Assembly: GCA_013265495.1 (NCBI GenBank) | Contig: MU057560.1 | Coordinates: forward strand, 880,753 to 944,752 | DNA from: Vicugna vicugna | Lineage: Eukaryota | Direction: 5' to 3' | Length of the DNA: 64,000 nucleotides | Shown here: positions 49,601 to 63,232 of the stretch, piece after piece | Position numbering within the stretch: the first letter of the stretch is position 1 | How the letters are laid out: each line of letters starts with the position of its first letter | Notes under the pieces: model-generated | The model's input: only the letters and a program-made list of their open reading frames with translations | The model's database searches: none | What the model was told of the DNA's origin: nothing | Position numbers and translations under genes: made by a program

Positions 49601-52600
49601 GGTGGCAACAGAAACTGTCTAATCCAACTGATGGCAAAATTCTCGGCAAAGTCAGAGCTGTATGATAGTTACTGAAGTTCTGCAAAACACTTTGGGTGCC
49701 TTTCCTGGTGGCGTAGGGAACTGATTAATGTTTCAAGAACACGGCTAGAAAGACTGGACCACCTTTCAGTGCCCAACCACAGGGAGGAGGGGGTGCCATT
49801 TTATTTTCAATATTTATGTGACATAAATTTAAACAAATCTGGCTTGAATTCTTCTTGGAGCTTTTATTTATTATCTTTAAATCCAACGTGTATTTTCAGA
49901 CTTGAATCTGGCATTTATAACATTATGAAGGTTTCCAACTTCTTTGGTGGGGGAGGCGGGGGTAAAAGAATTTAAATGTATAGGAGTGTGTATGCACACA
50001 CACACATACACACACAGAAGAACTTTCTGAGAAGTATAATTTTTATATTTGAAAGTGGCATCTCAGGATTTTTTTTCTCTGCAATAAAATGACTTAAGAA
50101 GTTCTCAACTCGCAGATACTGTCCACAATCAAAATGCATATTGATAACATCTGTAAAAATTCAGCTGAAAGTAGCATTAAAATCAACCTGAACTTTTTTT
50201 TTTATTATTTCTCATGGATTCATTGGATTTTTGCCATTTTTTTCCTAAGTGAAACTACAATTATTTGGTTAAAGAAATAAACACTTTTACAATAACATTA
50301 TTAGAAATCTTTTATTATAGACTTGGTAAGTCATCATTTCTCGTCTGAAGAGACGGCTATGATTTAAGCCCTTAAAGTCGACTGAGCGTCTGCTGCTGGG
50401 ACCAACGTGCCATTATCAGGCTCGTTTAATATTTGGGAAATGCAATTAATCTGCTCAAAAATAAAACTGAAAATTTCAGTGCTGAAAGGTTAGACGCTGT
50501 TCATACTTTCCAGAGAGATACAACTTGGGCTTTGCAAAATGTGTTCGTGCATGTGTGCTCCTTCTGTGGGTTGGTTGGCTATGGGTGTGAAGAAAGCGCT
50601 TAAATAAATCCTGAAACACTGGTCTGAAAAGGCCAGGAAAGAAGGCTGCGTGCTGGGTTATCAGTTGGGGAGTATCCAGCGTCACGTGCATTTACCGTCT
50701 CCTGTGAAGTAACCAGACTGTGTATAAGACTTCCCAGGGCAACGTCAGGGAGGGACAGGAAGGTGACCAGGTGAACAGAGGCGAGTGGCCCCTGAATAGA
50801 AGGAATGTCATAACCAACAGGAAGGAAGAGAGAAGACGACCTGGCTTTCTCTCTCCTGCTCTTATTCTCTGACTATGCTATGTCCGTCTTTTTTCCCTTA
50901 GGTTTAGAACAAGTTTTACAAAAAATTCTAGTGAGGGCTGCATATTTCACCTCATGACTGAGCCCTAAAGCACTCTCAGTGCTAGTACTGATCACATGTT
51001 GGGTGCAAGCTCTCACGCTCTACCAGCTTCTGTCATTTACTGCACAAAACTTCAAAGACCCCATTTTTATTTCCACTCTTTGCAGCTGGAGTGGAAATTA
51101 GTGCAAGGTAAGGATGCTGAATGCCCAGACACTGAGTGACTGGGAAGCTGTCACAGGCTTATGAAATTGCCGTGAGGATGTGGGGGCTGTGCTAAATTAC
51201 TCCCCATCCTCAAAACTCTCCCCGGTAGCCACACAGCAATGCAATGTTATGAGGAACGGCTTTAAATCTATGTTTTCCTTATTTTTGTGTTTCACCCTTA
51301 CTGTTGTGCATCACTGGAAATGGCGACTGCAGACTTCTTTATAATTACGCTACCTAACTCTTGATGTTTTGATTGAAATATTTATGGTTCCCAACACAGT
51401 TGAGTTTCCAAATTCCACAGTGCATGCATTCAACATCATTCCTCTATTATCTCACAAATATAAAAGCCTGAAGGGGTTAAATGCTGATATTTTTTGTTTT
51501 ACGAATTTAGTTCTATAAGTAGTAACGTTCACCTGAGCCAACTAATATGAACAGTGGTTTCTACTCCGTTTTCCCCAAATCTCTCAATTTATTTTTCTTG
51601 GTTCTTCAAATAAAGAGTCAAGAGTGAACGAATATTCTGAGACTCCTATACAGATTTTTTTTTTATTCTGAACTGAGAATTTATCATTACATGAGTCCTT
51701 CCATGAGATAAACCGTAACTAATAAATATACAAATACACTAATGCACTAAATGTTCCAGTTAAAAGCAAAAACTAAAAATTAGAGGCTCTAGTTAAGAGC
51801 AAAAATGGAGTGACTATAACAAAACCCCACCATGTGTAATTTATAAGAAATACATCAAAAACATAAAGTTTATCTAAAACATAAGCTTGAAATAAAAAAA
51901 CAGAGAAAGATGTACCAAGGAAACACCAACCAAAAACAAAACAAAAAACACCTGTGTAACTATTTTATTCTCAGACAAAGTTGAATTCATGGCAAAGTAT
52001 CACTAGAAATAAAGTATCAAGGGATAAGAGTTTCAATTTACTAGGAAGATGTGACCATTTATAGATTTCATGTGATTTTATGACCTGAAAACATGAAAAA
52101 AAAAACCCAAAACCTGACACGATAATAAGAGAAAAGAGAATCACCCACAATCAGTGTGGGAAAACTCATGGAAGATACAGAGATTCAAACAAATAAAAAA
52201 ACCGCTAATCTAATGTAATGGAGAAGGAGAGAGAGGGAAGAAGGGAGGGAGGGAGGGAAGGAGGAAGGAGAAGAGGAATGAAAGAAAAGAAATCAGCCTC
52301 AGCTGCAGAACACACACTGTTTGCAGCAAGCTTGGAATATTCTTCCAAAATTGAACATATCCTCGTCCACAAGCAACTCTCAACACAGCTGAAACGTTTC
52401 AAGTTACGCAGAGAATGTTTTTTGACAACTGTGTAATTAAGTCGGAAATAAATAACAAAGAAAATACAACAAAATATACTTATGTTTGGAAATTAAGAAA
52501 GATACTTCTAAGGAAGCCATTGATCAAAACAGAAATTATAATGGAAACCAAATATTTTGAGCTGTGTTGTAATAAAATTCTATACATCAGAATTTGTGGG

Positions 52601-53146
52601 ATACAACTAAAACAGGATTTAGAGAAAAATTTATACTCTTAAATATATAAATGAAAGTCTATAAATTAACAAACTAAAAGTCTGTCTCAGAAACTTAAGA
52701 GAAAAAGAGACTGATAAAAGTAAACCCAAAGAAACAAGGAAATAGAGAAGATAAGAGGTTAAAACCAGAAGAGAAGAACTTACTAGAGTGGAAAATAGAT
52801 TCAGAAATCAACAAATCCAAACAGTGGTTCTTCAAAATGTCTAAAATTTGATGAACTTCTGGTGAGATTGGTGGAGAAAGGAAGAGGAAAGGCCTAAATA
52901 ACTAATTTCATGGATGAAAAGAATCATTCTCTGCAGACCAGGAAGCTACCATACGGACAGAATATCCTAGAAAAACGTACATCACTCAGACTGCCCTCAC
53001 CTCAGCAGAGAAGCTGCCAGTCACCCTGACTGTAAGGAGCTGAAGTTCTAAAGCGCAAACAGAAAAGTCCATTTTGCTCAGAACATTTTAGATCCAGGCG
53101 GCTTCACAACCAAGTTTTCCCCAAATATTTAATAAAGACATAATTC

Positions 53147-53758
53147 CATTATTTTATTACTTAAAAAAATTCTTTTTAATCACTGAGTAGCATTCCATTG
53201 TATAAATATACCACAACTTCTTTATTCAGTTATCTGTTGATGGACATTTAGGTTGCCATTTGGAGCAGTATGGACGGACCTGGAGATGGTTACTCTAAGT
53301 GAAATAAGCCAGAAAAATAAAGAAAAATACCATATGTTATCACTCATTTGTGGAATCTGAAACAAAAAAAAAGAAAAAGAAAAAGAAAAAGAAAAAGAAA
53401 AGAGGACACTAACAAACTCATCTACAAAACAGAAAGAGCCTCGCAGACATAGTAAACAATCTTACGGTTAATGGGGGAAGAGGGTGGGAAGGAATAAATT
53501 TGAGAGTTTGAGATTTGCAAATGTTAACCAGTATGTATAAAAATAAATTAAAAAACCCAATTTATTCTGTACAGCACAGGGAACTATATTCAATATCTTG
53601 TAATAACTTTTAGTGAAAAAGAATATGAAAAGGAATACACACACACACACACACACANNNNNNNNNNNNNNNNNNNNNATATGCATGAACACTGTGCTGA
53701 ACACCAGAAACTGACACATTGTAACTGACGGTACTTCAATTAAAAAAAAGAAAAAAAA
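53147..53758 (+). mobile_element. Young LINE-1 with 5' inversion nested in an older L1
   Basis: Minus segment ~53147-53254, plus segment 53255-53758 with A tail; TSD aaaga(c/t)ataattcca at 53134-53148 and 53756-53770. Includes the N gap 53658-53678. Confidence 0.9.
53658..53678. other. Assembly gap (21 N) in a (CA)n tract
   Basis: Run of N. Confidence 1.
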
Positions 53759-55144
53759 GATATAATTCCAGTTATACATGATTGTTTCTAGAATTTATTT
53801 TTTGAAGTAATTAATCTGTTAAAGAAGGTAAAAGAAAAAATTACAGGCCATCTCTCTAATAAGTAAAGATTAAAATATCTGAAAATATTAGCTAGCTAAA
53901 TCTAAACTCCAAATGTAACTTCACTGAGTTTACATCAAAATTTAAGATTGGTTTATCTTTGGAAAATCCATCAGTATTTTGAGTCAAAAACTATTATGAA
54001 AGGAGTACACTAATACAGTCATTTCAATAGATGCATCACAGCATTCAATGACATTTAAAACCCATTCATAATAAAAGGCACTCAGCTGACGAAGAACAGA
54101 AAGAAATTCCCTTTCCTGATAAAACGTGTTTAACAAAACAACACAAACGCCTTACTCAACAGTGAAATGCTAGATGGCCCCCTGGTTCTAACAGAAGAAC
54201 AACTGTCCCCACCACCATTCCTTTTGAGTAGAGTGTGGCACTCCTATCCAATATAAGATACATTATAACTTAATACTATCTAGTGAATTAAATAAATAAA
54301 TGATTAAAAGTACAAGAATTGGAGAATAAGAAATAATTCAAAAGGAAGAAACAAAACTGTAATTATTTGTAGATGCTATGAAGGAAATTCTCCGAAGGAA
54401 TCTGTAGAAAAGCTGAAGGAATTGATGAGTTTTTATCAAAACTGTATGAATAAAATCAATGTTAAAAATCTGTATTCTTCTATATCTGTAATGATTAAAA
54501 TTGAAGAAAAGATACCACTTACAATAAGACTCCAAAATCCTTAGTACAAGACACAATTTTCACAATAACAGAAAGAAAAGTGAAGATCTCAGTGGGAAAA
54601 TATAAACCTGTATGAATGACTTAAACAACACTAATGGAGAGACACACCACGTCCCTGGATTTGTAAACTTAGCAGTGTATTATAAAAATGCCAGCTCTTC
54701 CCACATTGAAATCCATATATTTAGTGCAATCCCAAACAAAATCCCAAAAGGATAAAAAAAAATTGTGATGTAGCTTGATGAAATTATTCTAAAGTGATTA
54801 TGAAAATTCATATAATTAAAATAGCTTTGATACCCTTAAAAAAGAAGCTGGAGATCTTGACACGTTTGCTTTCAAAACTTTTTGCTATGATATTGTAATA
54901 GGTACAGCAACTGGCCCAGAGACAGACAGACCAGCAGGCAAGACTGGGGGGTCCAGAAACAGATCCCAGCACCTGCCACCGGAACAGACGACAACAGCAG
55001 CTTCAAGCCTCAGCTGGCAGGGACAGTTTCCTAAACATGTGCACCTTGGTCAGCGGGGGTGCATGCAGAAACCAGAATCAGTGTGGACTTCCACATCAGA
55101 TACACGTCCACTTGGGAGGACTGGGGACCTAAGAGTAAAAGGTA

Positions 55145-55262
55145 CAGCAGAGCAGAGTGGAGAAGAATAGAATAAAGTAGAGCAGAATAGAACAGTAAAA
55201 TAAAATGAAGTAAAGTAAAATAAAATAAAAGTAAAACAAAACAAAATAAAATAAGATAAAAT
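55145..55262. repeat. Compound pentanucleotide repeat (AGAGC/AGAAT/AAAGT/AAAAT/AAAAC)
   Basis: Read directly from the sequence. Confidence 0.85.
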
Positions 55263-57642
55263 TTGAGATGCAAACAGAGGACAATTTTATCACTTAAGAT
55301 AAAAATATTTTTTAAAAAAGACCCAAAAGGGCACAGATTAAGGAAAAAGACTAATAAATTGAACTAAATTAAAAAGAAAGTGAAACGAAACAAGCCACAG
55401 AATGGGTGATTACATTTGTGACTAGTTAATCTGGCAAAAAAGACCCAAAGCTCATGAACTTTCACAAGTTGTTGTTGTTGTTGTTGTTATAAAGCAAACA
55501 GCACAAAAGAAAAATCAGCAAAGAATATAAACAGACACTTCACCGAGGAGCAAATAAGTGTCCAAGGAACGTGTGAGAAGGTGTCCAGTGTTATTTAGAG
55601 ACTGAGAAGATGAGATAGTACGCATTCACTGGATGGAGAAAAATAAATGACAAAACCAAACGTTGCTGACTGAGTCCACAGAGGGCTAGGGACTCGTGCC
55701 CTGCTGCTGGGAAAGCAGCTGGGTCATCTCTAGGAGAGCGGAAACGTGTACACTGTGAACCACGGATACTGTGAACCAGCAGTGCTGTTTCTGATAATGT
55801 GTATACTCAGCGGGAAGTTAGGTACAACCAGATACGTGCACGAGAGTGATCACGGCAGCAACGCGCACAGATAGTTAACACTGGAACTGTTAACACAGCA
55901 GCCTAATGGGAAAACACCTTGTGAATATTCAGACGGTGGGAAACTACACAGAAACGCAACGACTACGTCGTGTGGGACATGGGCCAACTAAAACTATATG
56001 GTTGAGCCAGAAGTCGACACATTGCAACTGAGGTTTTAAACACACACATATATATAGTTGAGTAAATGAGGCAAGGGGCAAAAATACATGATGTACAATT
56101 CCATTCAGATAAAGTTCAAAAATAAGCAAAACTAAAATGCAGTATGCAGGATACACGGGTGGGGGATAAGAACACAAACGAAGGAAGGAAGTGGCTTCCA
56201 TGTAAGTCGGGATCGTGGAAAGAGTTAGGACCAGAGGTGAGCTGGAATCCAGGAGGCTCCTGGGGCACCAGCAGTTCTCTGAGTTATTTGGAGGGTACTG
56301 TGGTGTATGCACGATCTCTGTTTACTTCCGTGTGCAGGCACAGATGTAGGCGTGGATATCGACGGAGATGGAGACAGCAGTGTAAGGGCACTGGTGTGTA
56401 ACACTGCACTGCTCACTTCATATTCCTTGTGAATCCAAATGAGTCACTTTGTGTTTTTCTGACATCAGATACACTTAATACACTTGAATTTTCACGGTGC
56501 TCAAGTAAACATCTAAAAATCAGTCGTCATTGCATTTCATCTAGAAATAAGACATTCAGAATCACTCTAATGTTCGAATGCATCCTGGTCCTAACCCTGG
56601 AAAGTGCTCTGAACACATTGGCATGTTGGTATGGGTTCGACTGAGGTGGAAAGTTCATGGGCAAGAACACTTCAACTTTCTAGAAGATTATTTCTAAATA
56701 TGCCCAGTATGTTTGCGATGCTTTAACATGGATAAAGAGATAAGCATTTTTGAAACACTCAGTTACAGTTTTATTTTGAAATAAAAGGTCTATTTTCCAA
56801 GGAAATACAAGGATGTGTTCCACTAAATCACGCAGGAGTGGATCTGAGATGTCAGGACCTTTAGACTTGGCAGCCACTTGGGTCCACAGGCACCTGGGCT
56901 TCCGGATGTGACGCACCCCGTTGACAGATAAGAGCTGTCAGTCTGCCCTGACGTCAGGACTGGCCCCTGGCAAAACAGAACTCGATGGCTTGGCTTGGTA
57001 GTTTCCCACTGTAAAAGCAAACGCTATTAGGTTAATGGAGTAAATGTTTGCCATTTTAATCATACAAATGGGACTTTGTGGTTCTCTTTGGGGTGATCAG
57101 CTGTTTCATTTTGGGGTGACTCGTAAAAGAAAAATGTAAAAAGGAAAGCTTGTCCTGTAGTGTAGAGTTACTGGCCGTATGGATCAACAGCTAATCTTGT
57201 GAAAAGAAGGGGAAATGTGCTGAAATTCAGAAAGCGGCAAAAGCTACATTGCCACTACTCAGGGAATTTTGCTCAGAATGCAAGTGAAGGTAATTACAAG
57301 CTTGCTTAGTACTGAGGATCTGATTTGACTAAAGAACTCTGTATTTTGGTAGAAACATCCTAATTCATCTTGGAGGAGGGAAGGTTCGTCTCTGAAAATA
57401 ATGAGATGCACCTGGCCCACGCCTACCACTCAGGCCTGAGCTACTGTCTGTGTTCAGGGAGGGATGTTCACCTGCAGGGTGTGGTCGTGCACATTCAGCC
57501 CACTTCACAGTGGAAACTATCAACTACGCCAGGATATATTCCTTCTTTCAATGTTGTCTGCTTAGGAATTTTGTCAGAGAGGAGTAGACTTGAGCAGCTG
57601 ACTCCTAAATCTGCCTCAAGTTCATCATTACTCCGTTACTCT

Positions 57643-58119
57643 TGTTAACTGAAAAAAGAAGAAGAAAAAAAAAAAGCAAAAAGCACAACCTGCAAGTTGA
57701 GCACTAGGCTTTATCCGGTGGGCTTACTGAGGACTTAAGCCTGGGTGACGGGCTCCCAGGTGCTCAGAGGGATCACCCCAAAGAGATAAGGGAGGGGCCG
57801 GGATATAAACAAAACAAAAACCTAAAAACCAAAAAAACGAAAAACAGGTAGGTGGAATGTCAGAAGATTAATGCTAATTGAAGAAAACCCAGGCACTTCA
57901 GGTTAACGAATTTAGCACTTTTCTACGAGTGGGAAGAGGCAAGAGCCTGGGCTCACTGAAATCATCCCTCTGACCTGCACCTTACCTCTCCGGGCCAGTA
58001 CCTTGCTTTCTCCACCCCGAAAGCCCTCAGGGTGCGCAGGGTCAGCTACAGGAGCCCAGCGCTGGATGGCCACCGCATCCTTCATTTACGGATGTGGTAC
58101 TTGACGTTCTTCCTCCACA
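57643..58119 (-). mobile_element. ERV1 (MER4-group-like) solo LTR
   Basis: TG...CA bounded (tgttaactgaaaa...cctccaca); cttactgaggacttaagcc, gttaacgaatttagcacttttct, gcaagagcctgggctcactgaaatcat motifs. Confidence 0.75.
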
Positions 58120-58848
58120 AGCCCAAGCCGCGCCCTCTAGCTGAAGAGCATGTGCACGGTCATTTACAGATGTGTACGAACTTGCCCCATCTTCACCTGG
58201 AAATGTCATGAAAGAATATTGATTCTGAAGCCATGCCCGCCTCAGGCATGACACCAGATCTGGAGGAGTGTTGAGACAGACGGTGAATGAGGGCACCAGC
58301 TCTAGACGTAACACCAGGCAACCCGGCTTGAGCCGTCGTCGCTCTGTGATTTACTGGCTGCTTGGCCTTGAGGAAACCAGGTGTCTTCTCTAAATCCGAG
58401 GGAACAAGGCAGAACCACCGTGAGGGCCAGGTGAGAAAGTGCATCGGGACGAGTCACGGAAGGAAGCATCTGTGCTTCAGCAGGTGGACGGCTCTTACTC
58501 AGTCGCCGAGTCCCGGCTGGGGATCCAGGGCTGCCGCTCCCCGACTTTGGTCCTTAGCCGTTTGACAAAAGTTGTTGCCACTCAGCTTTGTGGGTGTGTT
58601 TTACAAGCAGCATATAATTAGATGGCAGGGGTGAAGATTGGCTCAATTATCTATAGATAAATGTATTCTAAGCTCCATTATTATTTTCTTTGAGTGCTTT
58701 TATTGTACGGTGTATTTTTTTAAAGCCGTTTTTCACTCACTTACTTTGTGTTTGTATCTATCTTATAAGGATGTTGATAAATGAGTATCATTGTGAGGTA
58801 TACCTCTGAAGCTGCATTTTCTGTTTCGTGGCATCTCTGCCTTCTTAC

Positions 58849-58988
58849 ACCCATTTCCTCTTCCTTATCTTTTTATTTTTTGTCATTTCATTATAAAGTC
58901 TTGAAAGTTCTTTTAAACACCTACCATTAACTTCTTGGACTCCACCAAAGAAGACAAGATTTTTGACAATAAATATAAAATATACGGC
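58849..58988 (-). other. SORBS2: Internal 140-nt 5' leader exon (144 nt if the upstream CAG acceptor at 58992 is used), with four AUGs
   Basis: Polypyrimidine tract gtttctctttttacgcagcaag|GCCGTA and donor GGGT|gtaaga (GT at 58848-58847). AT-rich non-repetitive sequence. Confidence 0.65.
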
Positions 58989-61900
58989 CTTGCTGCGTAA
59001 AAAGAGAAACATGCCTGGGACAGAAGTGGTTTCCATGATCGGCGACCCCACTGAGCTGGAGGAGGACCAAGCCCCTCGGTCCCCCGGACCGGCTGCACCC
59101 GTGAAATGACGTGTGGGGGCCTTTGTCAAAACACACTTAATGAAGACTTTGTACTTTAAAACCTATCCTTGTAACAGATGCTCACAAAGAGACGAAAATT
59201 TTGTTCAGTTTGTACTTGCCCTCAGACAAGGAAATTGCCAGGCAATGGGAACCAGATTATGAGGCAGAAAATCACCTAACTGCTCAGATTGTTTAATAGG
59301 AAGACTCAGTCAATAACAGGCTGAAATACTTATTTTCGATTCAACTTTTAGAAGTGACACCAACACCTGCTTTCTGCTAACACCAAGTCACCCCTGAGCT
59401 CTCCTGCATATTTTTCATTATAGTGTATGTGTTTATGATTTTGTTCTTTAGGATATTATGACATTTTTGCTTCTCAATTAACCCTTTTTATGCACATTAT
59501 AAACTTAACAAAAATGGAATCATTTCAAGAATTGTTACAGAGAAAAATAAAAACTAGCTGACCATTGTGGCCCAGTTTCTGATGCCCAGAGGGCACAGAC
59601 TGGAACAGCACCCTCCCTCCACAGCAGGGTCTTCATGGCGCTTCCGTGACAGCCCCTCCTCGGCTCCATGGGCGCCCAGAGACTGTGGGCTGAGTAACTG
59701 AGCTCTTACTACCGCATTGCCACCGCGGGCTTTCCGTGGGAAAGGATGGTGCTCCTTTGGCAAAGGCAGCGGGCACAAATTGCTTGCTTGGGACTAAGCT
59801 GCGTAAACACTGTGATTTCTGCTGTAGGCAGCTCCTGTGAGGTTCACGTGTGAGATCCCTGGGGAAGTTCTCTCAGGACGAGTAACGCAGATCTATACAC
59901 TCACTTGTGGGGGCCAAACGGTGTCAAGAAATGTGTGTAGCGTAAACAAAGAGTATCTTCCATCGCATGCTCTTCAGGGAAGAGGATCTTCTGACAGGAC
60001 CTGGGGCTGACCAGCTTGGTAACGTGGCTCTCTTCCTTCAGTCTCCCGGTCCGTGATAACCACTTCTCAGAGGGAGGTCGTGAGGACAAATCGGATAAAA
60101 AAAAGCTGATGACACGCTTTGAGAGGTGCTAGGTTAGCATGAGGTATGGTTGTTAATTTTGTAGACTGCTATTAATAACTCATAAGGAAAACCCACATTT
60201 ACCTCTGCACCAATTCACTGCCCCGTGACCTGACAGCAACTGTGTGTTGCAATAAAATTATTATTATGTCCACGATCCATCCCCAGCAGAACTGTTTGCA
60301 GAACACCACATGTTGTCGGGGATTTCAGTGACTAGAAAACCATTAATCTGGCGTCTGGTAGACCTGGTAGACCAGCGCCCTTTAATTACATGGGTAAACT
60401 GGAGGCACCCACATTTTGAATCCCAGGAGTATATGCGCTTTATGTTAATACTAGAGGTCCGTTGTGCAGATTTTCACCAGCCAAATGAAAAAGAGGCAAT
60501 ATTTCACTTGGATTCCCCTCCTTGGTCACAGCCTTTGGGTAGGATGCCATCAGCTGCAGTTCTGAGAATGATGCTCTTAGACTCAGATGTACAACCAACG
60601 TGGAGACGAGACCAGTGAGGCAGCGGGACGGTGCGCCGCACGCGGGGAAGTCACTGCTGCTCTGTCACCTGCGGGTCTCTACAGCGCCGAGGTGGCTGGA
60701 AGTGGAAGGGAACTTAGAGGTCATCTTGGTCAGCACTATCTTTTTTCCAGTTTCAAAACTCTTCAGACTTACTGGGTGAAAACATTCACGTAAGAGCTTC
60801 TGAAATAAGATCTTAGCAGGCGCTGCTGCACGACCCGGGAAGCACCCCGTCGCCCCTCATCTTCTGCCCTTCATGCAGGCTGTGCCGGCCGCCCGCTCCC
60901 CAGGCCCCCCTCCTGCTGGGAAGCACACCCACAGCCACAGTCCTGGGGCCTCCTGGCTCCTCACGCCCTCTGTCCGGAGACGTCTTCCATGTCGGCCCCA
61001 AGCCGTCCTTTCCAGTCTCGCTCCCCGGCTCCTCCGGTTCCCTGATCACACTCAGCCCATTGCTAATAACTAACTACCAGGGGGAAGGTGTTCTCTACAT
61101 TTCTGCACTTTTGTTCTTGTCCTTCTCTTTAGCCTGGAGCTCCCCACCCGCTCCTCTTCAGCTGGCCCCGTGGCTCCTCCTGTGTCCTTCCTCGACGCTG
61201 GATGTAATTCTAGCCCTTTGCTATTTCCCCTCTGCAGCTTACGTTTATGGCAGCACTTAGATGCTCCAACTTCTAGCTGCCCTTTACATTCTGTTTCCGC
61301 AGGCTCACTGTGGATTCCTGCAGGCTGAGCCCCCGTGCCCCCCCATCGCCTCACGTGGGAGCTGAGCCCTGGTTGACCTTGGATGTGAAGCGGGTCAGGG
61401 GACCACCTGAAAGACTTATTCTGGTCCTCAGTTACCACATGCTTTACGTGGCTGTGACCAACAGAAAGAAGCCATTTCAGATGAAGACCGTGAGTCTGAT
61501 GCATTAGACTAGTCCATGGGCTGAGGCCGAAGTGGATTGCTAAGTCTCTTCACAGACTGCAGACATTTCCAGAACCACAGAACACCCGAGTGGGCGAGTT
61601 CTCTTCCCTTGTACACTTCCGTTCTCTGCCTGCTTCCGGGAAATGCTGAGTTCTGTTGTTCTGCTGAGTCCTCTGCAGACGCTGGCTTCATGTTTGTATC
61701 AGATGCTGTGAGGAGCGGGGACCATGGCAAATAGAAGTGTCCTGAGGTCAGCTTTCTCATAGCAGTGCTGTGGGAAGACGCTGTGGAGAAGAGAGGGGGC
61801 AGAGGCCCGGGGAGAAATGGCAGAGCCATGTTGTGGAAACGTTTTCGATTACGGATTGTGGTGCTGTAAAACGTCACACCCTTCAGTCACTTTTTATCCA

Positions 61901-63232
61901 CCTGCTATTGTCCACCAGATGCTTGTGCACGCTGCGTATCGTGATGGGCGCTAAGCGTTCCTCGGAGATCTGATTACAGACCCCGCCCTCACTGACTGAG
62001 CACAGAAAGCAGACCAGGGCTCCGGTGGAGAGCTTGCCAGATCCAGGGGATACGTCAGCAGGAAGACGCAGGTGATCTGGTGCCTGAACTGGTGTCAGAT
62101 GTCACGTGACTGTGAATTTAAGTGTAGTCTGACATGAAGGCATCTCCACACAGGGTCCTGTACTTCATTGTTTTTAATGTGCCGACCCTCAAAACATATT
62201 CATATGACTTACAAGTCAACGGAGGGGGGTTTGAAGAATTTTGTTTTTCATTTCAAGATGAGAAGATGGTGTTTACCTCAAATATAAGAATGATGGTGGA
62301 GTATGAGATATACGAGTTTTACTGTCTGGTGCCAAGATGTAGAAGTTGAGTTGATTAACAAAAAGTTGGGGAGAAAGATTCCAGGTGACTATGAAAACAA
62401 GCACGACTTTCCTTGAGAAATGGTAAGTCATTCACCATTAGAAATTTTCAAGTACAAGTTAGAGGGTCAGTTCTGGACACTTTAAAACAATAGGTCCAAG
62501 TGTTTGATGTGTGACCAGTGCAGATAACCTTCTGGAGTCCGTTTCAGATCAAAAGTTCCATGAGTCAAATGTTCCTCAAGACACTAGTTACCTTTCAGCA
62601 TTGGGGAAAACTACATCCAGTACAGGTTTAGGTGGTAGCTTTACTGTTTGGTAGCTGTTTGAAGATACAGAGCAGATGTGGCCGAGATCTTCTTTCTCCA
62701 GCCCATTTCCTTTTCCTCGCAGATTTACTAAGCTTTCACACAACTAATTGGATCTTGTTGGATATATATTGATCGGCATTTTTAATATTTCCATATTATG
62801 GTCTACTAAGAGTATCACATACGTTTGTACTTTTTGGTGATTTCAAAAAAATTGAATTAAAAAATCAGATCTCTGGTCAGGGCACGTCTGCAGGACTGTC
62901 CATCCAATTTTTTAACGAGGGTAGTGAAGTGCGTTTTGTTGTTATGAGGGGGAATCACAGGGTTTATCACAGCAGCTGGGCTGAATACCAGGGCCAGGAG
63001 TCTTGCCCAAGGCAGCGTGACCGGTTCCACATCAAAGAGATCACGCTGAATGTCACTCAAACCCTTAAGGGTTGGGGACTGCTCATACCTGTTCTCAGCT
63101 GTATCTTGAAAGAAATGGAGACAAGTCCGAAGCAGCACTAGTCCTCGGATTGCTGCCCCTACCTCTGCATCTGATTACCACAGAATGAGCCAAAGAGAGA
63201 GGTGCAACTGTAAATATCCATCATGAGAATGT

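Larger units (their letters stand above)
51720..56340 (+). mobile_element. Old, highly degenerate L1M-type element (ORF2 endonuclease to RT to 3' region)
   Basis: Remnants such as SKIEHILVHK (cf. SKIDHILGHK), VIKSEINNK..WKL, tcatttcaatagatgca (cf. ISIDAEKAF) near 54020 and ttatttgtagatgctatg (cf. LFADDM) near 54363; A-rich plus strand; boundaries approximate. Confidence 0.85.

Noticed and set aside
53658..53678. N run
   Set aside because: Assembly gap in a microsatellite, not biology.
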